Assembly: GCA_041649175.1 (NCBI GenBank)
Contig: JBAZNR010000001.1
Span: 1,103,497-1,167,496 of the forward strand
Direction of reading: 5' to 3'
Origin: Candidatus Omnitrophota bacterium
GTDB lineage: Bacteria > Omnitrophota > Gorgyraeia > Zapsychrales > JBAZNR01
DNA: 64,000 nucleotides
In this document: in pieces, positions 49,942-59,063 of the stretch
Layout: every line of letters starts with the position of its first letter
Position numbering within the stretch: position 1 is the first letter of the stretch
Notes under the pieces: model-generated
The model's input: the letters and a program-made list of their open reading frames with translations, nothing else
Told to the model about the DNA's origin: nothing
The model's database searches: none
Program-made: the position numbers and the translations under genes

Positions 49942-50658
49942 ATGATTCAATCCAAAATCCTTATTATCGTTCCTGCTTATAATGAAAGCGGAAATATAAA
50001 AAAAGTTATCAAAGAACTTTTAGCACAACCGCTCAATGTTTCCATCGTTGTCGTTGATGATGGGTCTTGGGATGCGACAGCCAAAGAAGCGAAAGAAGAA
50101 AATATTTCGGTTATTTCGCTTCCGTTCAACTTAGGGATCGGTGCCGCGGTGCAAACCGGATTTCAATTTGCGCTTCGCGAAGGATTTGATGTGGCGGTTC
50201 AGGTGGATGGCGACGGCCAGCACGATGCCGGCTATCTAGCGGCCATTATCGATCCGGTGATAAAAAACCAAGCCGATATGGTTATTGGCAGCCGGTTTTT
50301 GCCGCCTAATTTAGGTTATCGTTCTTCCTTTATCCGCAGAGTCGGCATACAGTTCTTTTCTCATCTTATCAGTTCTTTGACCGGTGTAAAAGTGACCGAC
50401 CCGACATCGGGATTTCGCGCGTATGACCAGAAAATGATCAAGGCCTTTGCCGAACATTATCCATATGATTTTCCCGAACCGGAAGCGATCGTGTTAGCGC
50501 GGCAAATGAATGCCAGGATCTTAGAAGTCGCGGTGAGAATGCGCAAGCGTGAAACGGGGCACTCCTCTATCCGTTACTTGAAAACTTTATATTACATGGT
50601 CAAGGTAACGTGCGCCATTCTTTTGGATATGGTTAAAATGAAAAAAAGGATTGAATGA
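49942..50658 (+). CDS. GT2 glycosyltransferase, polyprenyl-phosphate sugar synthase type (Dpm1/GtrB-like)
   Basis: ILIIVPAYNESGNIKKVI...VVVDDGSWDAT...VQVDGDGQHD are the GT2 DXD-region motifs. Confidence 0.8.
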   Translation: MIQSKILIIVPAYNESGNIKKVIKELLAQPLNVSIVVVDDGSWDATAKEAKEENISVISLPFNLGIGAAVQTGFQFALREGFDVAVQVDGDGQHDAGYLAAIIDPVIKNQADMVIGSRFLPPNLGYRSSFIRRVGIQFFSHLISSLTGVKVTDPTSGFRAYDQKMIKAFAEHYPYDFPEPEAIVLARQMNARILEVAVRMRKRETGHSSIRYLKTLYYMVKVTCAILLDMVKMKKRIE

Positions 50659-51016
50659 TATGGACATTAAAATCTTTTCAGCCATTATTGTTGTTTTGAT
50701 CTTAGGGATGGTCATTGAGCTAGCCCGTCGAGAAAAACTTTCTTTTAAGTATGCGGCAGGATGGTTAACGGTTTCGGTCGCGGGAGTATTTTTTATCATT
50801 TTTGATGATTTTTTAGGGAACATTGCTCATTGGTTTGGCTTTCAGTTGACGAGCAATTTTATTTTCTTTGTTTTGCTGGGGCTTTTTATTTTGCTGAGCC
50901 TTCTGCTGACAACGTTTCTTTGCCAGCAAAATAATCGCAATGACCTTATGGCGCAAAAGATCGGCATTCTAGAGTTAGAAATTGCGCGCTTAAAAGAAAA
51001 ACTTCAAGGTAAGTAA
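50651..51016 (+). CDS. DUF2304-like small membrane protein with a C-terminal coiled coil. These frequently accompany GtrB-like GT2 enzymes
   Basis: Two or three TM helices then LELEIARLKEKLQGK. Adjacency to the GT2. Confidence 0.4.
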   Translation: MNDMDIKIFSAIIVVLILGMVIELARREKLSFKYAAGWLTVSVAGVFFIIFDDFLGNIAHWFGFQLTSNFIFFVLLGLFILLSLLLTTFLCQQNNRNDLMAQKIGILELEIARLKEKLQGK

Positions 51017-51018
51017 TC

Positions 51019-51678
51019 ATGGCAAATCCGCAAAGCGGTGATTGGGAACAATTTTGGAAGACAACAAATCATTACACCGCGCCTAAAATAAGCTGGTCCA
51101 AAAAACGCGTTCTCGACGTTATAAAGCCTTATGTTGTTGCCGGAAAAAATGCCCTAGATGCCGGTTGCGGCAGCGGGTTTTTTGCGAAACACTTTTATGA
51201 TGCCGCAATGGCGACAACCGCCTTGGATTATTCTCCCAAGGCTTTAGAAATAACGCGGCAACTGACTGGCGGTCGTGTTAAGATCATCCAAGAGGATTTG
51301 TTGAAGCCTCATTTATCGTCGAGAATTTCGGAGCGTTTTGACCTAATTTTTTCGGACGGACTTTTTGAACATTTCTTGCCAGGTGAGCAAGATGTCATTA
51401 TGAAAAATTTTATAAGCCTTTTAAATCCCAATGGTGTCGTTGTGACCTTTGTTCCAAACCGTTTTTCCCCTTGGGAGATCATCCGCCCATTTTTTATGCC
51501 CGGAATTGACGAAACTCCTTTTGTCCCAAGAGGTTTAGCGTCTCTTAATGAAAGAAACGGCCTTAAAATCTTAGGTTCTGGCGGTGTTAATGTTCTTCCT
51601 TTTTTTGTTTCTCCGGAGAAGTTTTTAGGAAAATATTTCGGAATGCTGCTCTATACAATTTCTTGCCGCAATGTCTAA
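51019..51678 (+). CDS. Class I SAM-dependent methyltransferase
   Basis: Motif I LDAGCGSGFFAKHF, plus post-I acidic and motif II residues. Confidence 0.7.
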   Translation: MANPQSGDWEQFWKTTNHYTAPKISWSKKRVLDVIKPYVVAGKNALDAGCGSGFFAKHFYDAAMATTALDYSPKALEITRQLTGGRVKIIQEDLLKPHLSSRISERFDLIFSDGLFEHFLPGEQDVIMKNFISLLNPNGVVVTFVPNRFSPWEIIRPFFMPGIDETPFVPRGLASLNERNGLKILGSGGVNVLPFFVSPEKFLGKYFGMLLYTISCRNV

Positions 51679-52672
51679 TTATTCGATCAGTATTGTCATC
51701 CCGGCTTTTAATGCGCAAAAAACCATCGCGCAAGCCATTGATGCCGCGCGTAATCAAGATTATCAAAGGTCCATTGAGATCATTGTTGTTGATGACGGCT
51801 CAACCGATGCGACCGCGCAGATCGCGACATCTTTTGCGGGCGTGAAGTATATTCATCAGAAAAATCTTGGGCCGGCGGTCGCGCGTAATCGCGGATTTAA
51901 AGAATCAAGAGGGGATATTATATTTTTTACGGACTCTGATTGTGTTGCGCAAAACGATTGGGTCAGCCGTTGTGTCGCGCATTTTTCCGACGACAAAATT
52001 GGAGTTGTTTGCGGAACATATGGCATTGTCAATACCCGGAATCTTTTAGCGCAATGCGTTCACGCGGAGATCGTTTTTCGCCATCGCGTGCTTTTGCCGG
52101 ATTTCCCTAAAGCGTTTGGCAGCTATAACTTTTGCGTGAGAAGATCGGTTTTTGAAGGCGTCGGCGGTTTTAATAAACATTATCGTTTTGCCAGCGGGGA
52201 AGACAATGATCTTAGCTATCGAATTCTCCAGATGGGATATAAAATTTATTTTGAGCGAAAAGCCGTCGTTGCCCATCATCATCCGGAACGCGTGATGAAA
52301 TATTTGTCCGAGCAATATCGCCATGGATTCTGGAGAGCTAAGATGTATTTCGATCATCCGCAGATGAGTATCGGCGACGATTATACTTTTTGGAAAGACA
52401 TTGTTGAACCGCCTTTGGCTCTGTTGATCACGCTATTGTTCTTCATAAATACTGCTTTTTTCTGGGCGAATTTGGTATATCTTTACTTATTTTTGGCGGG
52501 TTTATCCGCTTTGATTTTGATCGAATTATTCTATGGATTTATGACCACAAAAAGCTTTTTTAAAGGGGCTTTTTGGACATTAATTATGCTTCTTCGCGCC
52601 TTTGTCCGCATGGCCGGTTTCTCCCTCGGATTTCCCCTCTTTTTTGCCAAAAAAACCTTCCAAAAAAACTAA
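51671..52672 (+). CDS. GT2 glycosyltransferase with a C-terminal membrane anchor region
   Basis: ISIVIPAFNAQKTIAQAIDAA...IIVVDDGSTDAT...FTDSDC, and C-terminal TM helices. Confidence 0.75.
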   Translation: MSNYSISIVIPAFNAQKTIAQAIDAARNQDYQRSIEIIVVDDGSTDATAQIATSFAGVKYIHQKNLGPAVARNRGFKESRGDIIFFTDSDCVAQNDWVSRCVAHFSDDKIGVVCGTYGIVNTRNLLAQCVHAEIVFRHRVLLPDFPKAFGSYNFCVRRSVFEGVGGFNKHYRFASGEDNDLSYRILQMGYKIYFERKAVVAHHHPERVMKYLSEQYRHGFWRAKMYFDHPQMSIGDDYTFWKDIVEPPLALLITLLFFINTAFFWANLVYLYLFLAGLSALILIELFYGFMTTKSFFKGAFWTLIMLLRAFVRMAGFSLGFPLFFAKKTFQKN

Positions 52673-52680
52673 ATAAGTAT

Positions 52681-52708
52681 TTGCAAAATCAATCGGTTGT
52701 GATATTAT
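52681..52708 (+). promoter_or_regulatory. Putative promoter TTGCAA-16-TATTAT upstream of the secretin-module operon
   Basis: Seen in the 153-nt AT-rich intergenic region between the GT2 gene and the AAA ATPase gene. Confidence 0.3.
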
Positions 52709-52825
52709 GCAAGTGCAATTAACTTCCGTTTTTATTCAGTGATTTTATTCATCGGTTTTGGGCATTATTTTCGGCTATTTTAGCGCCTATACTTTGTTAA
52801 GAAGTACTAATATTACTTATAATAA

Positions 52826-53722
52826 ATGTCCTATCATAAACTACTAGGTTTCAACGTCGAACCCTTCTCCACAAGCCCCGATCCCGAATTTTTTTATCTT
52901 ACCCGCGAACACGATATGGCCCTTACCAATATCCTCATTGAACTGCGGTTACGCCGCGGCCTTACTGTTATTTTTGGCGATGTCGGCACCGGAAAAACAA
53001 CGCTTTCACGTAAGCTCGTTCAAGAATTAAAAAACCGCGGCGACATTATTTTTCATATGATCCTCAATCCTTCGTTTGAAAGCGAAGAGCAATTTTTAAC
53101 CTCATTGGTGCGCAACTTTGACGTGGATTATTCTTTTTCTCCTCAGTCCACCATGGCCAATATTCTGGATCTGCGCGATGCCATGGAAAAATTTCTTATT
53201 CAAAAATGCGTGGAAGAAAAACAAACGGTGATCCTTATTATTGATGAGGCGCAAAAATTAAATTTAACGACTCTGGAAGTTTTGCGCGTTCTTTTGAATT
53301 TTGAAACCAATGAATACAAATTGATCCAGCTTGTTTTATTGGGGCAGTTGGAACTTTATCCGAAGATCGTTAACATGCCCAACTTCTTGGACCGGATCAG
53401 TTTTAAATACACCTTAAATCCTTTAGGCCCGCAAGAGACGAAAGAAATGATCGAGTTTCGTATCCGTAAGGCTGGATATAATTCTTCGGCTAAACTTTTC
53501 AATGACGAAGCCATCAGCGAAATTTATACGTATTCGCGCGGTTATCCGCGGCGCATTACCATGTTGTGTCATCAGGCGCTCAAAGAATTAGTTTTACAGA
53601 ACAAGTACATTGTGGACCGCGTGATCATCCGCGATGTGATCGAGAAAGATAGAAAAGCGGAATTTGACCGCGCAGATATCGCGCCCAAAACAACGTATCA
53701 AAAGATCCAAGATATTAGCTGA
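52826..53722 (+). CDS. AAA ATPase of the ExeA/GspA/MshM family (secretion/pilus assembly)
   Basis: Walker A GDVGTGKTTLSRKL, Walker B IILIIDEAQKL. Size and organisation match MshM-type soluble ExeA-like ATPases. Confidence 0.7.
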   Translation: MSYHKLLGFNVEPFSTSPDPEFFYLTREHDMALTNILIELRLRRGLTVIFGDVGTGKTTLSRKLVQELKNRGDIIFHMILNPSFESEEQFLTSLVRNFDVDYSFSPQSTMANILDLRDAMEKFLIQKCVEEKQTVILIIDEAQKLNLTTLEVLRVLLNFETNEYKLIQLVLLGQLELYPKIVNMPNFLDRISFKYTLNPLGPQETKEMIEFRIRKAGYNSSAKLFNDEAISEIYTYSRGYPRRITMLCHQALKELVLQNKYIVDRVIIRDVIEKDRKAEFDRADIAPKTTYQKIQDIS

Positions 53723-53765
53723 TCTTTTAACGCGCAGAACCTGAGCTAAAATTCATTTACACCTT

Positions 53766-54473
53766 ATGGAAAAAAAAGAGACAGCCGAGAAGAAACTTCT
53801 AAAACTTATCGAAAGCTCTGGCTCCAGCGCGGAAGCTAAAACGCCGGCCGCGTCCGATGTGGCTATGCAAGTGGCTGCCGCGGTCAAAGAGACGGGTTTT
53901 TCTGTTCCCAATGCCGCATCTTTCTTGGCTCCCATCCTTGATCTTTTTCGCGGAAAATTTTCCTCAACCGCTAATTCTGTTTTAACCTTTGGCTTAAGAG
54001 AGGCTAATCAGCTTTTGGCAGTTATTGTCGGAGGCTTGCTGATCTTTTCTATTGCCAGTATGGTCAGAGACACAAAAATACTGGAAGAAAGAGTTTTGAC
54101 ATCGGTGAATATCCCCGAAATTGAAAGCGTGGAAAACGATGCGGTTCCGCAGAAAAAAGATGTCTCCGATTATTTGGCATCGGTAGAAAAGCGCAACATC
54201 TTCCAGCCGTTTGAAAAAAAGCCGGAAGAAAAAATTGTCGATGCATCTTCCGGATCGCCGCAGATCGCTACCATTGCTAAAAATTATAAACTCGTTGGGA
54301 TTTCTTGGCTTGACTCTCCGGATTCCGCTTCGGCATTGATCGAAGACACGCAAAGCGGTAATACCTTTTTCTTAAAGAAAGGCGAGAAGATCAGCAACAT
54401 CACTATTAAGGATATTTTTGCGGATCGTGTTATTTTAACCTACCAAGGCGAGGATGTTGCCATAAAGCTATGA
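53766..54473 (+). CDS. Bitopic inner-membrane protein with a C-terminal PilP/GspC-HR-like beta domain. Putative secretin-interacting protein
   Basis: Central TM LLAVIVGGLLIFSIASMV. C-terminus YKLVGISWLDSPDSASALIEDTQSGNTFFLKKGEKISNITIKDIFADRVILTYQGEDVAIKL follows the PilP/GspC pattern. Overlaps the secretin start. Confidence 0.45.
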   Translation: MEKKETAEKKLLKLIESSGSSAEAKTPAASDVAMQVAAAVKETGFSVPNAASFLAPILDLFRGKFSSTANSVLTFGLREANQLLAVIVGGLLIFSIASMVRDTKILEERVLTSVNIPEIESVENDAVPQKKDVSDYLASVEKRNIFQPFEKKPEEKIVDASSGSPQIATIAKNYKLVGISWLDSPDSASALIEDTQSGNTFFLKKGEKISNITIKDIFADRVILTYQGEDVAIKL

Positions 54474-56161
54474 GCCATTCTTTTAAAAAGATCTTTCTTT
54501 CCTTGTGTTTGGCGATAGGCATGTTTTTGTCTGCGCCTTCGTTCATTCTTTCTCAGGATGCCGATAACGGCGCGCCTGCCAATACAGAAAACGCGCAAGA
54601 CGCTCAGTCGGCGCCTTCCAAAGTTGTTCCTGTAAGCCCAACCGATATTCCTAAACCGATCGTGCTTGACGCGCCCAAGGAAACGTTGGAGCAAAGGCTT
54701 CTGCGAAAGATCACTTTAGATGTGCGCGATATGAATATCGTTGATGTGATCAAGTTTTTAGCGCTTAAAGGAGATTTCAATGTGGTGACCAGCCGCAATG
54801 TCGGAGGGCGCGCGACACTCTTTTTAAAGAATGTTTCCATCCGGGACGTTTTGGATATTGTTCTGATTTCCAATAAATTGGCGTATCAGCTTCAAAACGA
54901 TATTGTTTATGTTATGTCGGAAGACGAATATTTAACGATGTATGGCAAGAAATACAATGATAAAAGCGAAGTGGCCATCATCCATTTGTACTATGCCAAG
55001 CCAAGTTATGTTCTAGCAACGCTAGACACGATGAAAAGTGCTTTAGGAAAAGTGATCATTGATGAAGATACGGGCTCGGTGGTCATGATCGATACGCCGC
55101 AAACCATTGCCAATATGAAAAGAGCCATCGATGATATGGAAAGCCCGTTGGAAACCTATATCTATACTTTGCAATATGCCAAGGCCGATGTGATCTCTGA
55201 AAAGTTAAAAGCCCGGGTTGATGCCAATGCCGTTGGTTCTATCACGCCCGATGAACGTTCGAATCAGATCATCGTGCGGGCGCTTCCGGGGCGCCGCGAA
55301 GAAGTGGAGGCGATGATAAAAACCCTGGATGTTAAAACGAAGGAAGTTTTAATTGAGGCGCGCGTCCTGCAAGTTGTTCTAAAGCCGACGTTTAATATGG
55401 GCATTGACTGGAACATGAATTTTACCGATAGCAATGATCCTGAAATTAAAAAATTAACTTTTGGAAATACATTTCTCAATGAGGCGGTTTTAACATCCAG
55501 CAATCCTTTGTCGGCCGCGTTTAGCAAAATTGCTATCGGCAATATTGATGTTGATCATTTTGAATCAGCCATTCGGGCTTTAAAGCAGGTAAGTGATACA
55601 AAAATCCTTTCCAACCCTAAGCTTTTGGTGACCAACAATGAAGAGGCAAAAATTCATATCGGTGACACGATCCCTTATATCATTTCCACAACATCAGGGA
55701 CCGGGGACAATGCCGTTACCAGCGAAGATGTTCGCTTTGTTGACGTGGGCCTCAAGTTGTTAGTAACGCCCGCCATCAACGATGATGGGTTTGTCACCAT
55801 GCGCTTAAAGCCGGAGATCTCAACAGTCGTTGACAAAATAGAATCAAAAGGCGGCGGTATCCCGCAGATCAATAAAACCGAACTTGAAACAACCGTTATG
55901 GTCAAAGACGGCAACACGATCATCATGGGCGGTTTGAAAAAGGATGATAAAACGCATACTAAAAAAGGCTTGCCGTTTTTGATGGATATTCCGTTTTTAG
56001 GCCGGCTTGTCAGTTCAACTTCGGACAGCATTACGTCCACTGAGATCGTTATTTTCATAACACCTCATGTTGTTTCGGGAGAATCAACCTATACAAGCTA
56101 TGACGGGTCGATCAAACCGCTTAAAGACTATGGCGAGATCGAAGATTTGCGCAAGGAATAG
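54470..56161 (+). CDS. Secretin (GspD/PilQ/MshL family outer-membrane channel)
   Basis: Signal peptide. N0/N1-like domains. C-terminal secretin domain with LVTNNEEAKIHIGDTIPYI...GLPFLMDIPFLGRLV. Confidence 0.85.
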   Translation: MSHSFKKIFLSLCLAIGMFLSAPSFILSQDADNGAPANTENAQDAQSAPSKVVPVSPTDIPKPIVLDAPKETLEQRLLRKITLDVRDMNIVDVIKFLALKGDFNVVTSRNVGGRATLFLKNVSIRDVLDIVLISNKLAYQLQNDIVYVMSEDEYLTMYGKKYNDKSEVAIIHLYYAKPSYVLATLDTMKSALGKVIIDEDTGSVVMIDTPQTIANMKRAIDDMESPLETYIYTLQYAKADVISEKLKARVDANAVGSITPDERSNQIIVRALPGRREEVEAMIKTLDVKTKEVLIEARVLQVVLKPTFNMGIDWNMNFTDSNDPEIKKLTFGNTFLNEAVLTSSNPLSAAFSKIAIGNIDVDHFESAIRALKQVSDTKILSNPKLLVTNNEEAKIHIGDTIPYIISTTSGTGDNAVTSEDVRFVDVGLKLLVTPAINDDGFVTMRLKPEISTVVDKIESKGGGIPQINKTELETTVMVKDGNTIIMGGLKKDDKTHTKKGLPFLMDIPFLGRLVSSTSDSITSTEIVIFITPHVVSGESTYTSYDGSIKPLKDYGEIEDLRKE

Positions 56162-56228
56162 CGGATGCGGAATTTTGGAGTCTTGGAAATTTATTTGAAA
56201 CATTTGAAACATGAGGAGATAAAAACGG

Positions 56229-57302
56229 ATGAATAAGGCCACCAATAGATCTAAAAAGGAAAATTTAAGGATTGTTTTGTGCGTAGGAGCCGGCATGGCG
56301 CTCGTGATCGGCGCGCAAGGTGCTCATCTTGGGGCGGCTGTTGAAGATGTCGAAGTGGTAGAAACGGAAATTACTTCCGAGCAGATCTTATCTGATGAAC
56401 AAAACGCTCAAGGTGAAAGACCAGCTGCCGGCGGCAGTGTCAACGATAGCTTAGATGACTTATCGATGGCTGAACGGCAAATGGCGGTGATCAATACGAC
56501 ACTAAAAAATGTGATCGAAGAAAATAAGAAGCTTCTCGATGAGAAAGTTAAGATTGAAAATGAACTGAAAGAATTACGCGGTCAAACTGAGATCCGCGCG
56601 AGCCGCCTGAACACCTTAACGCGCCAGCGAGATGAATTAGAAAAGCGAATTACGGACACGGAGGAAGCTCAGGGGCAATATGCGTTAGAAATTGAACAGC
56701 TCAAAAAAGACCTTGCGGACAAAGAAAAGGAGCTGACCGAGAAATTAACGACTATGCAGGAGGCGCAGGCGAAAGAAAAAGAAGAGCAAGAAAAGGCCAT
56801 GGCGATGGTTTTGCCGGGGCAAAAAGATGCCGCGGCCGTAGCGGAGTCGAAAAAACAGCTTCAAGATATTAAAATGCAGGCCAAGGAAACATTAAATAGC
56901 GTGGAAGATAATGTCAAAAGAATTGCCGGGCAGATCTCTGAGCTTAATTTGGAAAATAAAAAGCTCAAGCAGGATTCGGTCAAGCTTCACTACAATATGG
57001 GGAATAATTATTTTGAACAGGGAAAATATAAAAAGGCGGCCGCCGAATATCAGCGGGTCATTGACTTAACGCCTAACGATGCGGCGGCGCATTATAATTT
57101 GGCGTTTGTCGCTAGTGAATTCTTAAAAGATCAAAAACTCGCTTTGGAACATTATCAGCAGTATTTATATCTTAGCCCGGATGCGGAAGATGCGCTTTTG
57201 GTGAAAGAGAAAATATTGCATGCGCAGCTAACACTTAAAACTCAAATTGACTCGGTGATCGAAGAAAAACCTAAGAAAATAAAAGCGGCAAAAGATAAAT
57301 AG
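56229..57302 (+). CDS. Membrane-anchored coiled-coil protein with C-terminal TPR repeats (MshN-like)
   Basis: N-terminal TM. Long heptad-rich segment. TPR-like YNMGNNYFEQGKYKKAAAEYQRVIDLTPNDAAAHYNLAFV. Confidence 0.55.
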   Translation: MNKATNRSKKENLRIVLCVGAGMALVIGAQGAHLGAAVEDVEVVETEITSEQILSDEQNAQGERPAAGGSVNDSLDDLSMAERQMAVINTTLKNVIEENKKLLDEKVKIENELKELRGQTEIRASRLNTLTRQRDELEKRITDTEEAQGQYALEIEQLKKDLADKEKELTEKLTTMQEAQAKEKEEQEKAMAMVLPGQKDAAAVAESKKQLQDIKMQAKETLNSVEDNVKRIAGQISELNLENKKLKQDSVKLHYNMGNNYFEQGKYKKAAAEYQRVIDLTPNDAAAHYNLAFVASEFLKDQKLALEHYQQYLYLSPDAEDALLVKEKILHAQLTLKTQIDSVIEEKPKKIKAAKDK

Positions 57303-57306
57303 TTTT

Positions 57307-59037
57307 TTGGATTTTTTTATGACGCAATTTATCAAGAAATTTTTCTTGTTGAAAATGGACTTTGGGCGAAAAGCCCCGAAAACGGGGCTTTTCGCCCCGA
57401 TTTTCCTTTTTTCTTTCTGCCTTTGGTCTTTGGTCTTTAGTCTTTGGCCTGCTGCGCCTGTCCTCGCCAATAATCTTGCGATCTCCAATGTCACCATGAG
57501 CACCCGTGATCCGGCTAATGACACTTTTATTCTACAATTTGATGTTTCTTGGAATAATTCTTGGCGCAACAAGATCAATCACGATGCCGTTTGGCTGTTT
57601 GTTAAAGTCGATACCGGCACAGCGCCGTATTCTCATTGCTTGATGAAAACTTCCGGCGCCAGCCCAACAGGATTTTCCGCAGGCTCAGACTCGGATCTGG
57701 CGATCTATGTTCCAACGGATAAAATGGGCGCGTTTTTACGGCCTTCAGCGTCTCAAGCTATGGGAAATATCTCAACAACAAGTGTCCAACTAAAGGTAGA
57801 TTACGGCGCTAGTAGCTGCAACATCGCGGATACCGCCAGCATCACGCCTTACGTTTACGGCATTGAAATGGTCTTTGTTCCAACGGGTTCGTTTTACGCT
57901 GGAGATTTTCCAACTTCGAGTAGCGCATTTAGGCAGGGCTCTGCAGATGCCGATCCTTGGTATATCACGAGCGAGGGAACTATTGCTGTCCAAAATGTAG
58001 CGTCTGATGGGTATTATTATAAAAATTCCGGCTACATAACTCCTCCTAATGAATTCTCCGATGGAACGGTTTTTACTATCCCTGCTGTTTTTCCTAAGGG
58101 TTACGCGGCTTTTTATGCCATGAAATATGAATTGACCGAAGGGCAATGGGTAAGTTTTTTTAACACGCTTACAACAGATCAAAAAAATACTCTGGATATA
58201 ACGGGCAATGTTACAAACATGGGGATTGTACTCGGTGGAAAAAATTCTGATAGCTTAATATACCGCAACACGGTTAGTTGGGATTCCGGAACGCCCACAG
58301 TGGCCGCTGTAACAACCCGAGGTGATCGTGCCATGAGCTACATTTCATGGGTTGATCTTTGTGCTTATTTGGATTGGGCAGGTCTACGTCCAATGACAGA
58401 ATTGGAATATGAAAAACTTGCTCGTGGTCCGGTTATTCCCGTGCGAGATGAGTATGCCTGGGGTAGCACAGATTTTGTAAAAGCTGTGACAATTTTGACG
58501 GCCATAGGCTCTGAGGACGGCGCGGAAACGATCACAACCACGGACGGAGTTACGCACGCAAACATATTTGTTCCTCCGGTTGGAGGTTCGGCTTACGTGG
58601 GGGGAGACGACTACATCGGAACGCATGGCGCCAGCGGGCCGTTGAGGGCAGGCATTTTTGCTACTGCCACGTCAGACCGAGTGATGAGCGGAGCTGGCTA
58701 TTATGGAGCGATGGAATTAAGCGGGAATTTAAAAGAGATGGTCGTAACTGTTGCGAGCACTGTTGGAATTGGATTTATTGGCAATCACGGAGATGGGGCA
58801 TTGACTAGTGGTGGTTGTTACGGTTGTGCTGATGTTACCGGCTGGGTACAGCTTACAGGCGCAGGAATTATCCTCGGCAGTGGTTCTGGTACCCGAGGCG
58901 GCGGGTGGGGGTCTCCGGTAGCGGGTGGTGACGAAAAAACAATTTCCTATCGCGGCCTTTGGATATCTGGTTATTCAACCAATACCAGATCTCCTGCTAT
59001 GGGCGGGCGCGGTGTTCGCACATATGATGGCAGTTAA
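57307..59037 (+). CDS. Secreted FGE/SUMF1-fold (formylglycine-generating-enzyme family) domain protein, paralog A
   Basis: Signal peptide ending VLA|NN. FGE-sulfatase domain blocks VFVPTGSFYAGD, FYAMKYELTEGQWVSFFN and VSYISWVDLCAYLDWAGLRPMTELEYEKLARG. TTG start; the true start is uncertain. Confidence 0.65.
   Translation: MDFFMTQFIKKFFLLKMDFGRKAPKTGLFAPIFLFSFCLWSLVFSLWPAAPVLANNLAISNVTMSTRDPANDTFILQFDVSWNNSWRNKINHDAVWLFVKVDTGTAPYSHCLMKTSGASPTGFSAGSDSDLAIYVPTDKMGAFLRPSASQAMGNISTTSVQLKVDYGASSCNIADTASITPYVYGIEMVFVPTGSFYAGDFPTSSSAFRQGSADADPWYITSEGTIAVQNVASDGYYYKNSGYITPPNEFSDGTVFTIPAVFPKGYAAFYAMKYELTEGQWVSFFNTLTTDQKNTLDITGNVTNMGIVLGGKNSDSLIYRNTVSWDSGTPTVAAVTTRGDRAMSYISWVDLCAYLDWAGLRPMTELEYEKLARGPVIPVRDEYAWGSTDFVKAVTILTAIGSEDGAETITTTDGVTHANIFVPPVGGSAYVGGDDYIGTHGASGPLRAGIFATATSDRVMSGAGYYGAMELSGNLKEMVVTVASTVGIGFIGNHGDGALTSGGCYGCADVTGWVQLTGAGIILGSGSGTRGGGWGSPVAGGDEKTISYRGLWISGYSTNTRSPAMGGRGVRTYDGS
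57365..57396 (+). terminator. Perfect 14-bp hairpin GGCGAAAAGCCCCG-AAAA-CGGGGCTTTTCGCC followed by a T-rich run. Terminator-like, embedded in the 5' coding region of FGE-like paralog A
   Basis: Seen directly. 63 nt after the upstream stop. It overlaps codons for the signal-peptide n-region (GRKAPKTGLFAP). Confidence 0.5.
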
Positions 59038-59063
59038 AAAACAGGGTTTAGTGTTTAGGAATT

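Noticed and set aside
57307-59037. Interpreting the two FGE-fold proteins as bona fide sulfatase-maturating enzymes
   Set aside because: No sulfatase gene is nearby. The canonical catalytic cysteine pair is not evident, at least in paralog B. The proteins are secreted with large insertions. A structural, non-catalytic role seems at least as likely, so they are described only as FGE-fold.
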